Notes: generated by a model not told the origin, from the sequence alone. DNA of 64,000 bases from the human T2T-CHM13v2.0 reference genome, Homo sapiens (GCF_009914755.1 NC_060927.1), one strand, 5' to 3'. Positions 38,647 to 57,700 are shown, numbered from the stretch's first letter. Program-made: numbers and translations.

Positions 38647-39200
38647 TGTAGGGGAGGCAGATGTCCTCTTAACGTTCTGTGGCTGGGCCTGAAAATTAAG
38701 CATACATAAGACAGATGAACAGGACAAACGTATACACATTTTATTTAATATTTTTATGCGTACGTGGGAATCTTCATAAGGAAAATGAAGACCCAAGCTG
38801 TTAAGCCCAAAACTTGTATACCATTTTAAACAAAGAATGATAAATTGTGACGATATGACAAAACAAAGGCGTCTGGGCTAGTCAGCCAGTAAATTGTGGG
38901 AAAGTAGGAAATATATGGGAGAAACTAATGGGAGAGAAGGGTTACAAGTTTTAGTAAGGTTTTGTCTGTGGAGATTCATCTCAGTGTCAACTCCCTGTCT
39001 CTGGTGATAAGAATGTTTGTTCCCTTCTTCCTTCTGGGGGAGAGGCACCCTTCCCACAAGAAGTTTTAGTCCTGCTTCAGACAGGAAGGGGGAAGTCGGA
39101 AAACCTTTCCTGCATCTGTTGTTGTTCTGTTGCCTTCAGCTCAACATAAACAATATGCCAAAGTGGCATATTTTGAGGTAGCATACTCTGACCCCCTTCA
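38647..39200 (-). mobile_element. Solo ERV1 LTR, MER34-like
   Basis: The - strand begins TGAAGGGGGTCAGAGTATGCTACCTCAAAATATGCCACTTTGGCATA and ends CCCCTACA (TG...CA termini). Confidence 0.75.
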
Positions 39201-42200
39201 CAAACCAAGAGTCTGCCACTAGCCATTGCTTCTATCCCCGATTCCAAATATGTTTTAAGAGAAGTCATTCATTTAGTCAAAACATTTATTGAGCACTTAC
39301 GATAAACATAAACATTGTGATGGATTCATAGGAATATTTGCTGACACTTCCATAGTCAGGCACTATTCTAAATACTTAATGCTCATCAACTTATGTGTTC
39401 CTTATAATAAGCCTATATGGTAGGTGCTGTTATTATTTTATAAATGAGAAATGGAGGCACATCAAGGTCAATAACTCACTCAGGGTCACTCAGCTGGGCA
39501 AGTGGCAGAGCTGGGATTTGAACCAACCTAAGCAGTGCAGCAGCAGAACTCATGGCCTGAGCTACTTTGCCATATTACTTTTATTTAATCTAGCAAAGTC
39601 AACAAGACAATTGTATTAAATTTTACACAGTGTGATAAGAGGTGCACACAAAAATTTACAGCATATCCACCTCTTTACATTCTCTCTCCATCCCCTGACC
39701 CCAGGGAAAGAAGGACTGGGAGAAAGTTAGGACATCTGTGACCAGTGTTGACCCCTTGTCCTAAAACCATGAGTAACATACACAATGTTTCTTATTCTGA
39801 TAGAATATAATTCTGGTTCTTAAAAAATTACTCATTCTTCCACATGTGATGTCAGACCAAAAACCACAAGTGGCTTATTTAGAAAATGAGTCAGCCTGGA
39901 AATGCTGCAGTGACAAAAAGGAGAGGCATTTACCATAGGTCAGGCAGCACCCTGGTCTGAAGGACATATGGATTCTCTCCAGCCCTTAGTAATGGGGTGG
40001 GGCTGGGGGTGGGGAAGTTCCATTCAGAAACAGCCTTCTTGCTACTTAAAAAAGACAGCCCCAGAGACTGGGAAGTTGGCTATTCAACAACCATCAATAA
40101 ATATTCAGTGAATACTGTGATAAAAATTATCTACAGCTAAGATCTCTGAAAGATTGGTTGCAGTCTTCTACAGATCTTGAAGCCTTGTCTGTAGGCCAGC
40201 TTTGACCACTGTGCAACCACCTCTGCAGTTTATGGGGATTCCCTACCTATGTCTTCACCCCAGATTAGTAAAGGTAGAAAGCCTCATCCCTGCCCACATG
40301 GAACTCATCATCATCTTGGGTCAAGATAAATTAATTCTGTATTTTATTGATTTGTTCACAACCCCTTATTTTATTTAGCGCCATAAATTTTATGAGAGGA
40401 ATATAAAAATGAATTAAGCAAGGATTCGGCCCTTACAAAGTTTATAGCCCAGTAGGGAAGATGTGTAAATATAAAGAAGAAAATGTAATGCATTAAGTCA
40501 AATGCAGTCAAAATGTTAGTTTGGAAAAAAAAAATAAGCTTGATAGGTATTGGTGAGGATATGAGAAGCAGAAGGAAGTCTTACACGTTGCTAATGGGGG
40601 TGCATGTTGGTACTGCCATTTCAGGGAACAATTTGGCAATCATGCGTAAACCCTATGACTCAGCAATTCCATTTCTGAACATTTACTCTAGAGAATCTCT
40701 TGCACATGTACATAAGAAACCAAGTAAAAGAATATTGGTCACAGCACTCTTTGTGCAAAGACTGGAAATAACCACCTCTCGTGGGGAATTAAAATATATG
40801 GTTTATTCATAAATTGGAATACTGTGTAGGAGTTAAATAAAATATATGAGGAATGCAGATGAGTTCAGGTAAGATATGAAAGGAGAATGAATAAGATGAG
40901 CCAGGCAAGTGTAAAATGGACCACAAGCAGCATATGCTGTTGCAGTGGGGCAAGCTTCTAGCTCAGGAGCTCAGAGAAGACCGCACCCTGGAGGTGAGCT
41001 GTGCACAGCCCACAGGACAGGAGGCACGCCACCTGCCGGGACTGGGCTGGGTGCACAGAATTCAGTCACTGAGTTTTACAGCTGGAAGTTGCATCTAGTT
41101 GCATCAAGGCCCAGGCAACTTAAGGAGTTTGCCAAGGTTACAAAGGGAGTTAGTAATAGAAGCAAATGAGTCTCAACACTAAGTGTCTGGTGGGCCACTG
41201 GGAACATTGCCTTTCCTGAAATAAATGAAATGGGTTTCATATTTGGGGGCCCTCCAGGGTGAGAGAGACTTATGGAATCATTTCACAGAGGCCAGGAGAC
41301 AAAGGGAAGAGATAGTGTTGGCTAGTGGAAAGAGCCTGGGTTTTGGAATCAAATTGAGTTTAAATCCAGGCTCTGCTAGTTATTAGCTAATTGATTATGT
41401 AGTTTAACTTTTCTGTGTCTCAAATTTTCTCATCTATAAAATGAGAACAATGCTACCTTTCCAAGGAGGTTGTCTTAAGAATTAAACAAGCTGATAGAGT
41501 CTGTTCCTAACAGTGGTTAGCATGCGAGATCACAAGAAACCATCTCTGTCACATAGAAAACCTGTATGAGTAAGTCCCAAACCCCCTTTCCCCAGGACTC
41601 CTCCAGGAGCAGCCAAACGAATGCCAAACATGCCTTTCTCCTGCTCCTGCAACCAGGGGAACCTCTAGGGCAATTTCAGCCCATCCAATGTCTTTTCCTA
41701 GGGCTATGGCTCCTTTTAGTTGTATTAGCTAAACTGAGCTGAGGGTGGACACTTGGGGAGGCCTGTGCTGTGCCAAGGCATTCCAATAGCAGTAAACACA
41801 CGGCAGACACATACATACGTACACACATGCACACAAAGTAAAAACTGCAGCTACAGAAATAACAACGCAAACCCCAGGTGATCACAATGGATGCTTTTTT
41901 AAACACTGAGACCATACCATCATTCCTACAATGGTATGGTTCCCTTCAAAGCAATTCCTTTGGGAGATTATTTATTCCTACAAGGCTGCTGCTTATGTTC
42001 AGAACATAATTGCCTTCAGATCTGTAGTACATTATTTGAATTTCTGTAACTCTTGGAAGATCAGGAATTCTTTACCTGGAATCCAGGTATTCTCATGCAT
42101 GTATTGTGCATTTCGGCAGGCCCTCAACACACATAAAATATCAAGAATCGTTGCTTTAGGGAGTAAATTTTGATATAAACAAATTTAATTCTTTTGGAGT

Positions 42201-44329
42201 CAAATCTAGTGATTAAGCTAGATAATATATACAGTCCAAAATGCAATGTGACTATAAGTTAATGAGATAACGTTCTGTGGCTTACAAACTAGTTCTGAAG
42301 TAAATTAATCCCAGAAAGGGGTCTCAGATCCATTTTGAATAGTTTCTCTCTGAAATAAATGTATAGACCCATCAAGGTTATCAGGTTTGAAAGAGAAGTT
42401 GCATTCCAACAAGCAAATTCTGTTGTTTGTGGAAAATAAACAATTTATTACTGTCTAATTTGCAGGTTACAGGCTACATTTAGAATAATGTTTTCTCCTC
42501 AAATAATCATAACATTATTCCTTACATTTGTATTTTACAGTTTATGTAGCACCTTGCAGTTTAAAGGCACTTTACAGTTTACAAACACTGATTCATCTGT
42601 CATTTTGTGGAATTCTCACAATAGCCCCATGAAGCTATCCCTCATCGTAGGTGACTTCTGAGTGTCTGAACTGTGGGCTCACACTTGAGTGGTACTTTTC
42701 CTCCTGTGGTACAAGTTTCCTTGGACTTTAAGCCTGTTGATTGTAAACATGTAGAAAAATAATGCAACTAGTCATTCTCTCTGATTTATCCACCTCTTAT
42801 TCAACACCCAAATACTCTGAGAACTTGCTTTCTATCTTGCTTGGATATTAATACAGTTAGACACACACACTTGTGCTTGCCCACTGGTCTATATTTTCAG
42901 GACTCTTGTTTCATGGGCCCTACTCCCTAGCCTGCTACCTTTATCGAGGAGATAACCTTCCAGAAAGGGGAAGAGGGAACACCAGAGATAACCTGAGAGG
43001 GGAGGAGAGCTGGTACCTGGCCCCACCTCATGTGTAAATGAATGCTCCCCAGGGAACCGCACCCCTTGGTCATTTTCAGCCACCTCCATATCCACATACA
43101 TCTCTTCTGATAAGAATCTCCACCCTTCAGCTAACTCCTCCAGGCAGTTCACAGCAGAAAGCAGAAAGCTACAGCCACCTGGGTGGATCAGGTTAAGTTC
43201 AGCAACCGCCTAACCCTACTTGTTTTAGATTCAGTCCTGAGGAAGGGAGATTAGCTCTATTGGATTAGTGAAGGGACAATACAGGTTTAGACTTCTTGGA
43301 TCCACTCTGGAACTCACTGGTAATGATAGAAAATTGCAAGACTAGGCCCAGAGGGGCTCAGCAAATCCTAATCTGTATATACCCTGAAGACCTCAAACCA
43401 CCCCTGGGACCTGAGTGTTGTAGGGAATGGACTAGAATGAATTTGGGATGCTCATTTACCTTTGGAGTTTCCCTTGGGCTCTAAAGACAGTTTGGTTTGC
43501 ATATTTCACATCAAAGCAGTGGTCCATTTCAATTTAAGATTAGTAGACAAGGCCAGTAGATTATTTCTTCTTAAGAACTATTCCTTTATTCTATCCCCAT
43601 AGCTATTATTCTGGATTAGGGCCTTTATTCACACCTCTTATTGTGATAGCCTGCTAACTGGGCTCCCTGGCTTCATTCCCTTGCTTATTTCTGCCAGGTA
43701 CACTTCTAAAATCTCTGATCACATCATTCCCCTGGTCACAATCTTGCAGGGGATCTCCAGGCTTAACAAGTGAAACCTAAACTCTTTAACTTGGTATTTA
43801 AAGCCCTCTAGAGTCTAGCCTCAATTTACCATGGACTGGTTAAGTGTAAAGGCTTTGGGTTAGTTTCAGTACCAGTTCTATCACTTGCTAGCTGTGTGAC
43901 CTTGGCAAATGACTAAACTCTAAACCTCAGTTTCTCTCCTATGAATGGGTTAATGATTTCATAGTTTCATTTCCAAGTTTGTTCTGTTGGGATCCATTTT
44001 ACCATTCTAAGGTGAGGAAATGGGTCCACAGCTGGTCTCAAGATGAGGAAGTAACTCAGAGATTTATCAAGGTTCTAGGCATGATTTTTAGGCTTCTGAA
44101 ACTGGAGTTTGGCCATTAAACTAAGTTAATGGATCTACTGAGCATATACCCAACAGGATCCTTTTCCCTAAGACTGCCATTTCAAAGGGCATAACTATAT
44201 CTAAAGAGACTAGATTTCTTATTTCTTTTTTTAAATTTATTTTACATTTAGTCAATAGACCATTAGTAGATAAGCCTTAAAACTTGTTGAACGAAAGGAT
44301 GTCATCAACGGGAAAGATTGCGAGTAGTT

Positions 44330-44677
44330 GTATTATTGTTCCTAATTCCTCACTCTCCTCCTTTCTTATAAGTGGATGATACCTCCCCACCCATTGCCAA
44401 GTGACCTGCCTCTCTGTCCCAAAGACGCTGGGCTTAGTTATAGAACCTGCTTTGGCCAATGGCATGGAAACCAACAGAATTTACTCCATGAACGCCAACT
44501 CATTTGGTTCTCCCATTGACCTCAGAATGGTTAAACTGAGTCTCAGAATGGAGACAAGCACAACAGAACTGCAGGCAGTTGCAGCCGCTGGCATCTTAAT
44601 GTGAGCAATAAATACATGTTTACGTTGTAAGAAATTAGCATTTTGGAGTTGTTTTCATAGCGCAGCTGACTGATACA
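44330..44677 (+). mobile_element. Old MaLR LTR (MLT1-like)
   Basis: TGTATTATTGTTCC..CTCACTCTCC, TGCTTTGGCCAATGG, AATAAATACATG and terminal GCTGACTGATACA. Confidence 0.65.
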
Positions 44678-45966
44678 TATCAACAAAAAATGTATTAAGA
44701 ATAGGCCCTTCCTGGAGTTTTGCCTAGAGTGAGTGAGTCAGAAAACTAATTTTTAAACTAGCTGTTGCAACACTGCAGGAAGATGGTTGAAAATTAAGGA
44801 GACATTCAAGTGAATGAGGGTAGTATGGAAAGAGGTGTAAAGTCTGTACTAGGAAGAGGAAATGGTGTTTCTTCGACTTTAAAATCTTTTGTATTAGTTT
44901 GTTACATTCTTCTCGGGCTTCCTAGACTATCTTTTTAAACCTTGGAGTTTGATTTCTCCCAGAAAAGGCACAGCCTGTGAACTGATTTACAGTATTATTG
45001 GAAGACGAGGTTGCTTCTAATAATTGATAAAGTTCTCTCAAGCACCCTACTTGAAAATAAGCCTTCCTGTCAAAAAACTGTTTAGTGACGTGGAAACCAG
45101 TAGGCTTTCCTGATTGTATCTGAAAATGTGGCTATAAATCCTTATACAATAAAACTACATAAAGAGCGGCCACAGAAGAACATCTGCCTGTGGAATGATA
45201 GCATAGCCCAGCAGTGTTTTTTGTTTGTTTGTTTGCTTTTTTTTGGTTTTTTGGTTTTTTTGTTTTACAAGACCTACTGAACCTGTAGGGGGGTAACTAA
45301 AATGTAATAGGAATGGACATGAGAGTATTTTAACACAAACAAAATCCCAAAATCCCAAAACCTGCATTTCTAACTTCTTGTAAACTGAGTCATTACTGCA
45401 GACCCTTTGATGCTGTTGTTTTCAAAAGCAAATATTGCTTTTGTTTGCATCCGTTAACTATATCCTCATGATGTTATTGCTGCTCCCAGATCTGCATCCC
45501 CAATTCTTTCCAAAAAGTTAGGCCAGATAAAGCCTAAAGACACTTTCATCATGGCACATCTCTAACTCGCATAACCAGAATAGCTCCTGCTGCCTAGAGC
45601 CTAAAAGCCAATCTATAGCTTATTGTCAAGGCATCTGCAAAGAAAACCAAATGTATGGTCTTAGCTGCCTACTGTATCAATTCTCTTCTCCAGACTAGTG
45701 ATCTACTCACAATTTCCCATATGTAACTTGTGCTTTCCTGCCTACTTGCCTCTGCTCATGAGGTTAGAGATGTGTTCTTTCTTTCTCTTCTAAGAGCTTG
45801 TCCAAATTTTCCACCTTTTAAGCCCCCACTCTCAAGTTTCTCCTGTGAAGCTTTCTCTGACCACAAAAGTACAAGGGATTAGGGTCCCATTGCTACCATA
45901 ATGAACATGGGACAGCACAGGCTTTTTGGAACCCAATACTGCCTGACTTAAAGAAATCAAAGAACT

Positions 45967-46102
45967 AGCTGGGTGCACTGGGTCACACCTGTAGTCCCAG
46001 CACCTTTGGTAGGTTGAAGCAGGAGGATCCCTTGAGGCCAGGAATTTGAGGCCAGCCTGGGCAACATAGCAAGAGACCCTGTCTCTACCAAAAACAAAAA
46101 AA
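45967..46102 (+). mobile_element. Alu monomer (FLAM-like)
   Basis: Single left-arm-like unit with A-rich tail. Confidence 0.85.
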
Positions 46103-46428
46103 TGTATTTTAAAGAAGTCAAAGACCATAATTTATTATAACTTCTTAGGGGCTAAATAGATTGAGCAGAAGGCAAAAACTAAAGTATTCTATAAAGCCAG
46201 ATTCTGCTTCCAAAGTGCTAAGCTGTCATTAATTTCATTAGAATCTAGGGACAAATACAAACAACAAAATCGCCTTTCTAAAGTAATGGCCATTGCTGAA
46301 GCAATTCTTTCAGAACCCGGAGACCCATTAAAGATTTTGAGTTCTCAAGACATATGGAGAGTAAATCTTGCAAGGCAGGGGAATCCGTGCATTCCAGGAA
46401 ATCTATAAACCATAAATACTATTTTTAG

Positions 46429-46729
<301 letters not shown>

Positions 46730-47428
46730 TTTTTTGTAATTAAACACTATTTTTTCAAAAAAATCTTTCTACATGGAAACTTAACATGAAATGCAGGTTG
46801 TAGTCAATTTATTCCGGTTAAATTGGGGCAACAGGTCAGGCACATGATTGGGTTAGTCTCTGTGATCCCTCTACCACACCTGATCCTTGCATCCCTTGAA
46901 TGGGAAGCTGAGTCTCTCACAAACAATTTATTGCTGGACTACTCCAAAGCTCCTACTCAGTCTACATCGCTGATGATTGTTTACCCAGGCTGTCTTTAAA
47001 TGGAACCTTTCGGACTTCCTGCCTAGCTGAATCTGAGCTAAGGTTGCATTATAGCCATTACCAAAATGGAGAAGTCACTGCTCAGGCTCACCTGGGATGC
47101 ACAGGGTAGGAACTCTGAACAGATAGGAGCATATGCCATGCATGCCTAAATTCCCAGCAAAGAGGGGAGAGGCTCCGTGTCAGCCTCTGGATCAGAGCCC
47201 ACTGCCTCCAGCCCGGTGAAAGCAGGCAGGAGGAGTTCCACAGAGAGCACCTTGGAAAATGGGATTGGGCTCGTTGGCAGTATCTTTATTCCCTACAATT
47301 GCTTCAAGCCTCAGGGCTGCTGGCTGCTTGAGCTATCATTTTAATTAAAACATTTACCCTAAGTGACAGGATCAAGCTTATGAAAGGTTACAAAGACTAA
47401 GAGTAGAGAATATTAAGAATGTGTTTCA

Positions 47429-47783
<355 letters not shown>

Positions 47784-47871
47784 CTACCATGAAGTCCAAG
47801 ATTTCAACAGATGAGATTATCTAGGATCACAAAATACATGTATTGTTCCTTGCATGAAAAAAGGAGCTTAG

Positions 47872-48605
47872 AAATCACAGTAAGATACCATCTCACACCA
47901 GTCAAAATGGCTGTTATTAGAGAGTCAAGAAATAACAGATGCTGGTGAGGCTGCAGAATAAAGGGAATGCTTATACATTGTTGGTGGGGATGTAAATTAG
48001 TTCAGCCACTGTGGAAAGCAGTTTGGAGAATTCCCAGAGAATTTAAAACAGAACTACCATTCAACCCAGCAATCCCATTACTGGATATGTACCCAAAGGA
48101 CTATAAATCATTCTACTAAAAAGACACATGCATTTGCATGTTCATTGCTGTGCTATTTGCAATAGCAAAGACATGGAACCAGCCAAGGTGCCCATCATTA
48201 GTGGATTGGATAAAGAAAATGCGGAGCATATACACCATGGAATACTATGCAGCCATAAAAAAGAATGAAATCATGTCTTTTGCAGCATCGTGGATAAAGT
48301 TGGAGCCCATTATCCTCAGTGAATGAACACAGGAACAGAAAACCAAATACCACATGTACTCACTTATAAGTGGGATCTAAACACTGAGCACACAGGGACA
48401 TAAATATGGGAACAATAAACACTGTGGGCTACTAGACAGGGGAGTGAGGAAGTGGGGCATGGATTGAAAAAGTACCCATCAGGTACTATGCCCACTACCT
48501 AAGTGATAGGATTCATACAAACCTCAGTATCACGCAATATGCCCACATAACAAACCTGGACATGTACCCCCTGTATCTAAAATAAAAGTTGAAATTTTTA
48601 AAAGG
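47872..48605 (+). mobile_element. L1 3' end (ORF2 C-terminus and 3' UTR; L1PB/old L1PA-like)
   Basis: ORF 48138..48326 (MFIAVLFAIAKTWNQPRCPS..WIKKM..YTMEYYAAIKKNE) is the L1 ORF2p C-terminus; ends AAATAAAAGTTGAA. Confidence 0.92.
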
Positions 48606-50419
48606 AAAGAAAAGAGAGCTTAGAAGTGAATAAGCATTTGAATGGCAATGTGGGATGAAAGATTCCTCATGCCAGCTTCCACATCCAAATGAACTGAGGA
48701 AAAGTACTGTATGACAGATAATCATGGATGAACCTAACGGGAAAACGTAATTTCCTGCTAGTGGTTTTCCAGAGCCTGTTGGTGTAAGCACAGGTAGAGC
48801 TAAAGGAACCCCTTAATCTAGGTTAGGTATTATTGAGTTAGGTATTATTGCCTTCCAACGAGCCCCCGAGACCCCAGGACTGTGAGATAGAGGGATAGAG
48901 AGGAAGGCACAATCCTACGTGAAAGAAAGTGATTCATTAAAAAACAGTTTGTATTTAAATACAATATGAAAGGAAATATAAGACTTTACAGTCTATTGTG
49001 AGTCAGGGTGTGGCTACTGGAGCCAACTTAGGAAAAAACAAAACAACTAAAATCGTTTTTTATACACATGTACCAGCCCGTGGGTAAAACACCAAAGGTG
49101 CCTGATGGGAGTGGGCATGTCAGAGCTAAGCACAGAAAAGAAGAGAACTCCTGAGAAAACCCCTGCAGACCCTCACAACACAGAATCCTGCTGATCAAAC
49201 TGAACCGTAAAACAAACACATCAACAGAAGACCACTTTGCTTCCTCTGAATTATGCTGAAAGTGTAGCGCTGTTCCGAATATAGATGGTTTGTTATTTAA
49301 TGGGTAGCAGCAAGGTGCTCGCCTAGGTGGTTTCATGTTGTCAATGTATGAATCGAGTCATTTGCGCTCCTTGCTGCACAGTTACTCTCGCTGGATGTCA
49401 GCGGTGTATGACTTCTGCCCCCAGTAGAATACAATGTAATGTGCCTCGAGGGGGATGAAGGGACACCAGGTGATGGCCCTGAAAGCAGGGGGCTCTGGTT
49501 GGTGACAGCCAGAACTGTATTCAGTCTCCCTCACTTTTGCCACCTCCGCTGTATCCCAAACTCACATCCTTTAAGAAGTTTTCTACCCAATTGGCTGAAG
49601 TCACTTCAATCTGCCCTGCAGTCAGTCCAGGTGCAAGGCACAGAGTGAAGATGTGTGTTTCCTCTGAGAGCTGTAAAATATTTCCTAAGAGAGAAACAAC
49701 CATTAATTTTTTTTTCTGATTTGCATGTATATTTAGAATAACGGAATCATAGAACTGGAAGGAATTTCAGAAGGCATCTAGCCCACACCCACCTATCACA
49801 AACTTGGCATGGAGCTGTGCATGAGGCTTGCAAGGTACCTTCAGATAAACAGTAAAACTTCATGCCTTCAAATCCTATTCTTTCAAATTTTATAATATTG
49901 CATAAGAGGCACAGAAGGATAAAAAGAATAAGCCCATGTTATGTATTATATTAAAAGTATATAATCAAAGATCTCTGGGATCAAAGGAGAAATGCTAAAT
50001 GATATTGCAGAATTCCTAGAAAATTCCAATATTGAACACAGACACGTCAGACTCTCGGGTAAACAGTGCTCAAAGGCAATTAATAGTATTAAATATCTAT
50101 GTTAAGAAATGTTAACATAAATGAATTAAATGTGCAACTAAAAAGGGAAATAACATAAACGGGAGAAATTAAAAAATTGATAAAAGCAGAAAATAATGAG
50201 ATTTTAAAACTGACAATAAATCAAAACTTGTTTGTTGAAAAAGTTAACAAAAATAAACAATTCAATAGCCAACTTAGTTTGTTAAGAGGCAGAAAGCCCA
50301 AACATATCAAGTGAGAAATGTCAAGGGGAAAGTCATTATCAAAAGAGAACGAATTTTAAAAACGACAACTCTGTACAAATACATTTAAAAACCTACATAC
50401 AGTAAATAATTTGGGAGGA

Positions 50420-51150
50420 TAGTGGCTCTCAAGCTTTTTGGGCTCTTGAACATTACTGGAGACTCAAAAGAGCTTTCATGTATGTGGATTATATCTGCTA
50501 GTATTTACCATGTTAGATAATAAATTCATTACATGTTGACATAAATAACAATTTTGTGAAAAATAATTAGATTTTCCTAAACAAAAACATGCAGAGAGGA
50601 GTGGCTTATTTACTTATGAAGATCTCTTGAATGTCTGGCTTAATAGGAGACAGCTGGATTCTCACCTGCTTCTGCATTTGATTTGTTGTGATGTCTCACA
50701 TACTGCAGGATCACTCTCCTGTAGTTTTTTTTTTCTCTTTTGAGAGAGTCTCACTCTGTTGCCCAGGCTGGAGTGCAGTGGTGCCATCTTGGCTCACTGC
50801 AACCTCCGCCTCCCAGGCTGAAGTGATTCTCATGCCTCAGCCTCCCAAGTAGCTGGGACCACAGGTGCATGCCACCATGCCCAGCTAATTTTTGTATTTT
50901 TAGTAGAGACAGGGTTTCACCATGTTGGCTGAGCTGGTCTTGAACTACTGGGCCCAAGCGATCTGCCTGCCTTGGTCTCCCAAAGTGTTGAGATCACAGG
51001 TGTGAGCTACCGCGCCCAGCTGCCCCTGTATATTTGTGAAGGAATCTGAATGAAAGAAGTAACAACTCAACATTATTACGAAAATAAATTTAATCTTAAC
51101 CCCTTAAGAGGATCTTGGGAAGAGGGGATCCTAGGACCACACTTAGACTT
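50420..51150. mobile_element. hAT-Charlie-like DNA transposon remnant interrupted by an Alu, within old L1 sequence
   Basis: AATGTCTGGCTTAATAGGAGACAGCTGGATTCTCA..TGCTTCTGCATT resembles recalled Charlie1-family consensus. Confidence 0.55.
50725..51021 (-). mobile_element. Alu (AluS-like)
   Basis: Reverse Alu consensus; short TSD CCTGTA. Confidence 0.92.
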
Positions 51151-52449
51151 GATGTTCTAGGAAAATACAATTTACAAAAAATATATAATTTGTCAACAAA
51201 AAAACTTCAGACCAATTTTACTTTATGAATGCAAAATTTTTAAATAAAATGACCAATAGCATATTAAGCAAACAACATGATCAAGCAAGACTCATTCCAG
51301 AATGCAAGAATCCTTCAATATTAGGAAATCTGTTGATGTATTTCATCATATTAATAGATCTAAGCATCTGACAAAATAAAAACCCATTCCTGACAGAAAC
51401 ACTGAATAAAATAGGAATCAATTGATACTTTCTTAAAATAATACAATACAAAAATTACCATGTTATTTCCTTCACATGAATTTATGTACATACGTTTTAT
51501 ATATCATGTATAGATCTTAGCCCCTAGACCAGCATCTTATTTAGTGAGAACACTAAAGGCTAAACTAAAATCAGATATCGGACAAGGGTGACCACAATTA
51601 CCGTTATCATTTAATGTGATATCGGAGGGGTTAGTCAATGCTATTAGGCAAGAGAAAGCCACTAGATGCATAAGAATTGAAACAGAGATAAAACTCTCTC
51701 TATTTGGGAAAATCCAGTAGAATTGATGGGAAAACAAATAATTAGAGAATTTAAGAAGCAGGAAATTAGATATTTTCTCCCCCTTATTTGGCCTGCCACA
51801 TTTCTCTTTGCTTTTTGTTTTATCTCATTAGCCCGTTTTTCTATTTGTAAAGCAGTATCACAGTTTTAATTACTATAACTTTACAGTATGTTTTGATTGT
51901 GTTAGGAAAATTTTCTTCCTTTTCAAAGTTGTGGATTATTTTCTAATGCACATTTTCTCTTCCATATAAAGCTTAGGACTAAATTGTCAAGTTCCTTTAA
52001 TACAAGCCTTTTGAGATTTTGATTAAGAAGACATTAATTTACATACTTATCTGCCAGGAGAATTGACCTATGCAATATAAGAATTCCCACTGTATAGCAT
52101 ACATTGTCCTCCTAGACAAGGCCTTCCCTAACCACCTATTTTAAACTGCATCCTCTCCAGCACTCACTCTTCCCCTCCTGGCTTTATTTTTCTCCACAGC
52201 ACTTGTCTCCATCTAACACACTTTGTATATTACTTATTTATTTTGTTTACTGTCTGCCTCTCTTTATCAGCAATGAGTACCTTTGTCTGTTTTGTTTATC
52301 ACTATAAATAGCCCCAAAACCTAGGACAGTGCCTGAGACTTAATAGGTACTCAACAAATATTTGCTGATGAACTATTAATATATTTGGGTCTTCTTTCAT
52401 TCCTTAAATAACATTTGATGATTTATTTAATATAAGATTGGCTAATGTC

Positions 52450-53070
<621 letters not shown>

Positions 53071-53089
53071 GGCCGATTTGCTAATTTCT

Positions 53090-56230
<3,141 letters not shown>

Positions 56231-57101
56231 GGTTTTGCTTTTTACATTTTACAGTCATTTCTCTATATTTGCAACAGATAGGGTACATGAAAGTGTGAAC
56301 TTGTGTTGACATCTTAATGGAAAGGTATTACTTCACACTCTTCCATTAGCTCAGGAATTAATCTCTTTGCTGAGTTTGATGCTTCCATATCATGCTGTTG
56401 ATTTTTCTCAAATGTTTGTTATTCTTTTTTGTGTGCTCATCTATGCTTGAGATTCCTTATTTGGATGCTTTTTTCCGTTTGCCATTATCTAATTCAGGTG
56501 CTAAATCGGGGAGAACAGATATTATGCTAAATGGGGTTGTCGGTGATCTCGTTTTTGGGCTGTGAAGACTCTGTGGAGACAACCCTTCTTGTGTTTGGCT
56601 CTTACTGAAGTATTGGCCTATTTTTCTTACTCCCACATTCAGTGCTTTAATCTGGATGTAGTTGTTGTAAACCATGCTGAGAACAAGTGGGAATGGGGAA
56701 GACCCAGCTGGCCTAATGGCTCCAAATGCATCCTCCCAATTAGTAACCCTGATGAATGCTCCAACCCCCTCCCCACCATCCCCAACTTAAATTTCCTGAT
56801 TCTGTGCTTAGAACCACTCTAAACTGCTTACGCTTTTTCAACAATTTTCTCTTGTACATGCTTTGATTATGGTTTCCTCTGATTTTTTTTTTTCTATGCA
56901 TTTGGTCAGATCTTCTGTTTTTCAAATATTCCACAAAATTCTGGTCTGGTCATTTTTTTTTCTTGCTTTATTACTATTTATTCTTTATACATTTATGTCT
57001 TTTTATAATCTCATATGATTTTGGATGGGAAAAAATTAAGGATTTGTTTCATATTTATTTCACTATCTTAATTTAATCTGCACATTTCAATAATAACTTG
57101 G

Positions 57102-57700
57102 TATGATGGCTAGTTTTATGTGTGAACTTGACTGAACCATGAGATGCCCAGATATTTGGTCAAACGTTATTTTAGGTGTGTCTGTGAAGGTGTTTTTGGA
57201 GGAGATTATCATTTGAATTGGTCCACTGAGCAAAGCAGATTGCACCTCCCCAGTGTGGGTGACCCTCACCCCACCAGTTGAAGGCCTGAATAGAACAAAA
57301 AGGCTAAACCTTTTGGTAATAGGGAACTTCTCCTGACTGACTGCTTGAGCTGGAACATTAGTCTTTCCCTGGCTTTGGACTCAAATGAGACTCTTAGTGG
57401 GTCTCAAGCCTGCTGGATTTCAGACTGGACCCTGCACCATTAGCTCTCCTTGTTCTGAGAACTTCAGACTCAGACAAGACTACACTATCAGCTCTCCTGG
57501 GTCAGCAGCTTATTAACTGCAGATCTTAGGACTCCTTAGCCTCTGTAATTGTATGATCTAATTCCTTATAATAAATCCATATTATAAGGAGCATATAACA
57601 TATATATAATATATAATCCTTAAAATATATTTGTGTGTGTGTGTGTGTGTGTGTGTAAATCCTGTTGATTCTGTTTCTCTAGAGAACACTAACTAATATA
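57102..57700 (+). mobile_element. ERVL solo LTR (MLT2-like) containing (TA)n and (TG)n tracts
   Basis: TGATGGCTAGTTTTATGTGTGAACTTGACTG...CCCAGATATTTGGTCAAAC and terminal TTCTGTTTCTCTAGAGAACACTAACTAATA. Confidence 0.85.

Noticed and set aside
48138-48326. 62-aa ORF with conserved-looking sequence
   Set aside because: C-terminus of L1 ORF2p in a 5'-truncated element.
48822-48850. Tandem duplication GTTAGGTATTATTG with 15-bp period
   Set aside because: Ordinary slippage duplication with no further structure.
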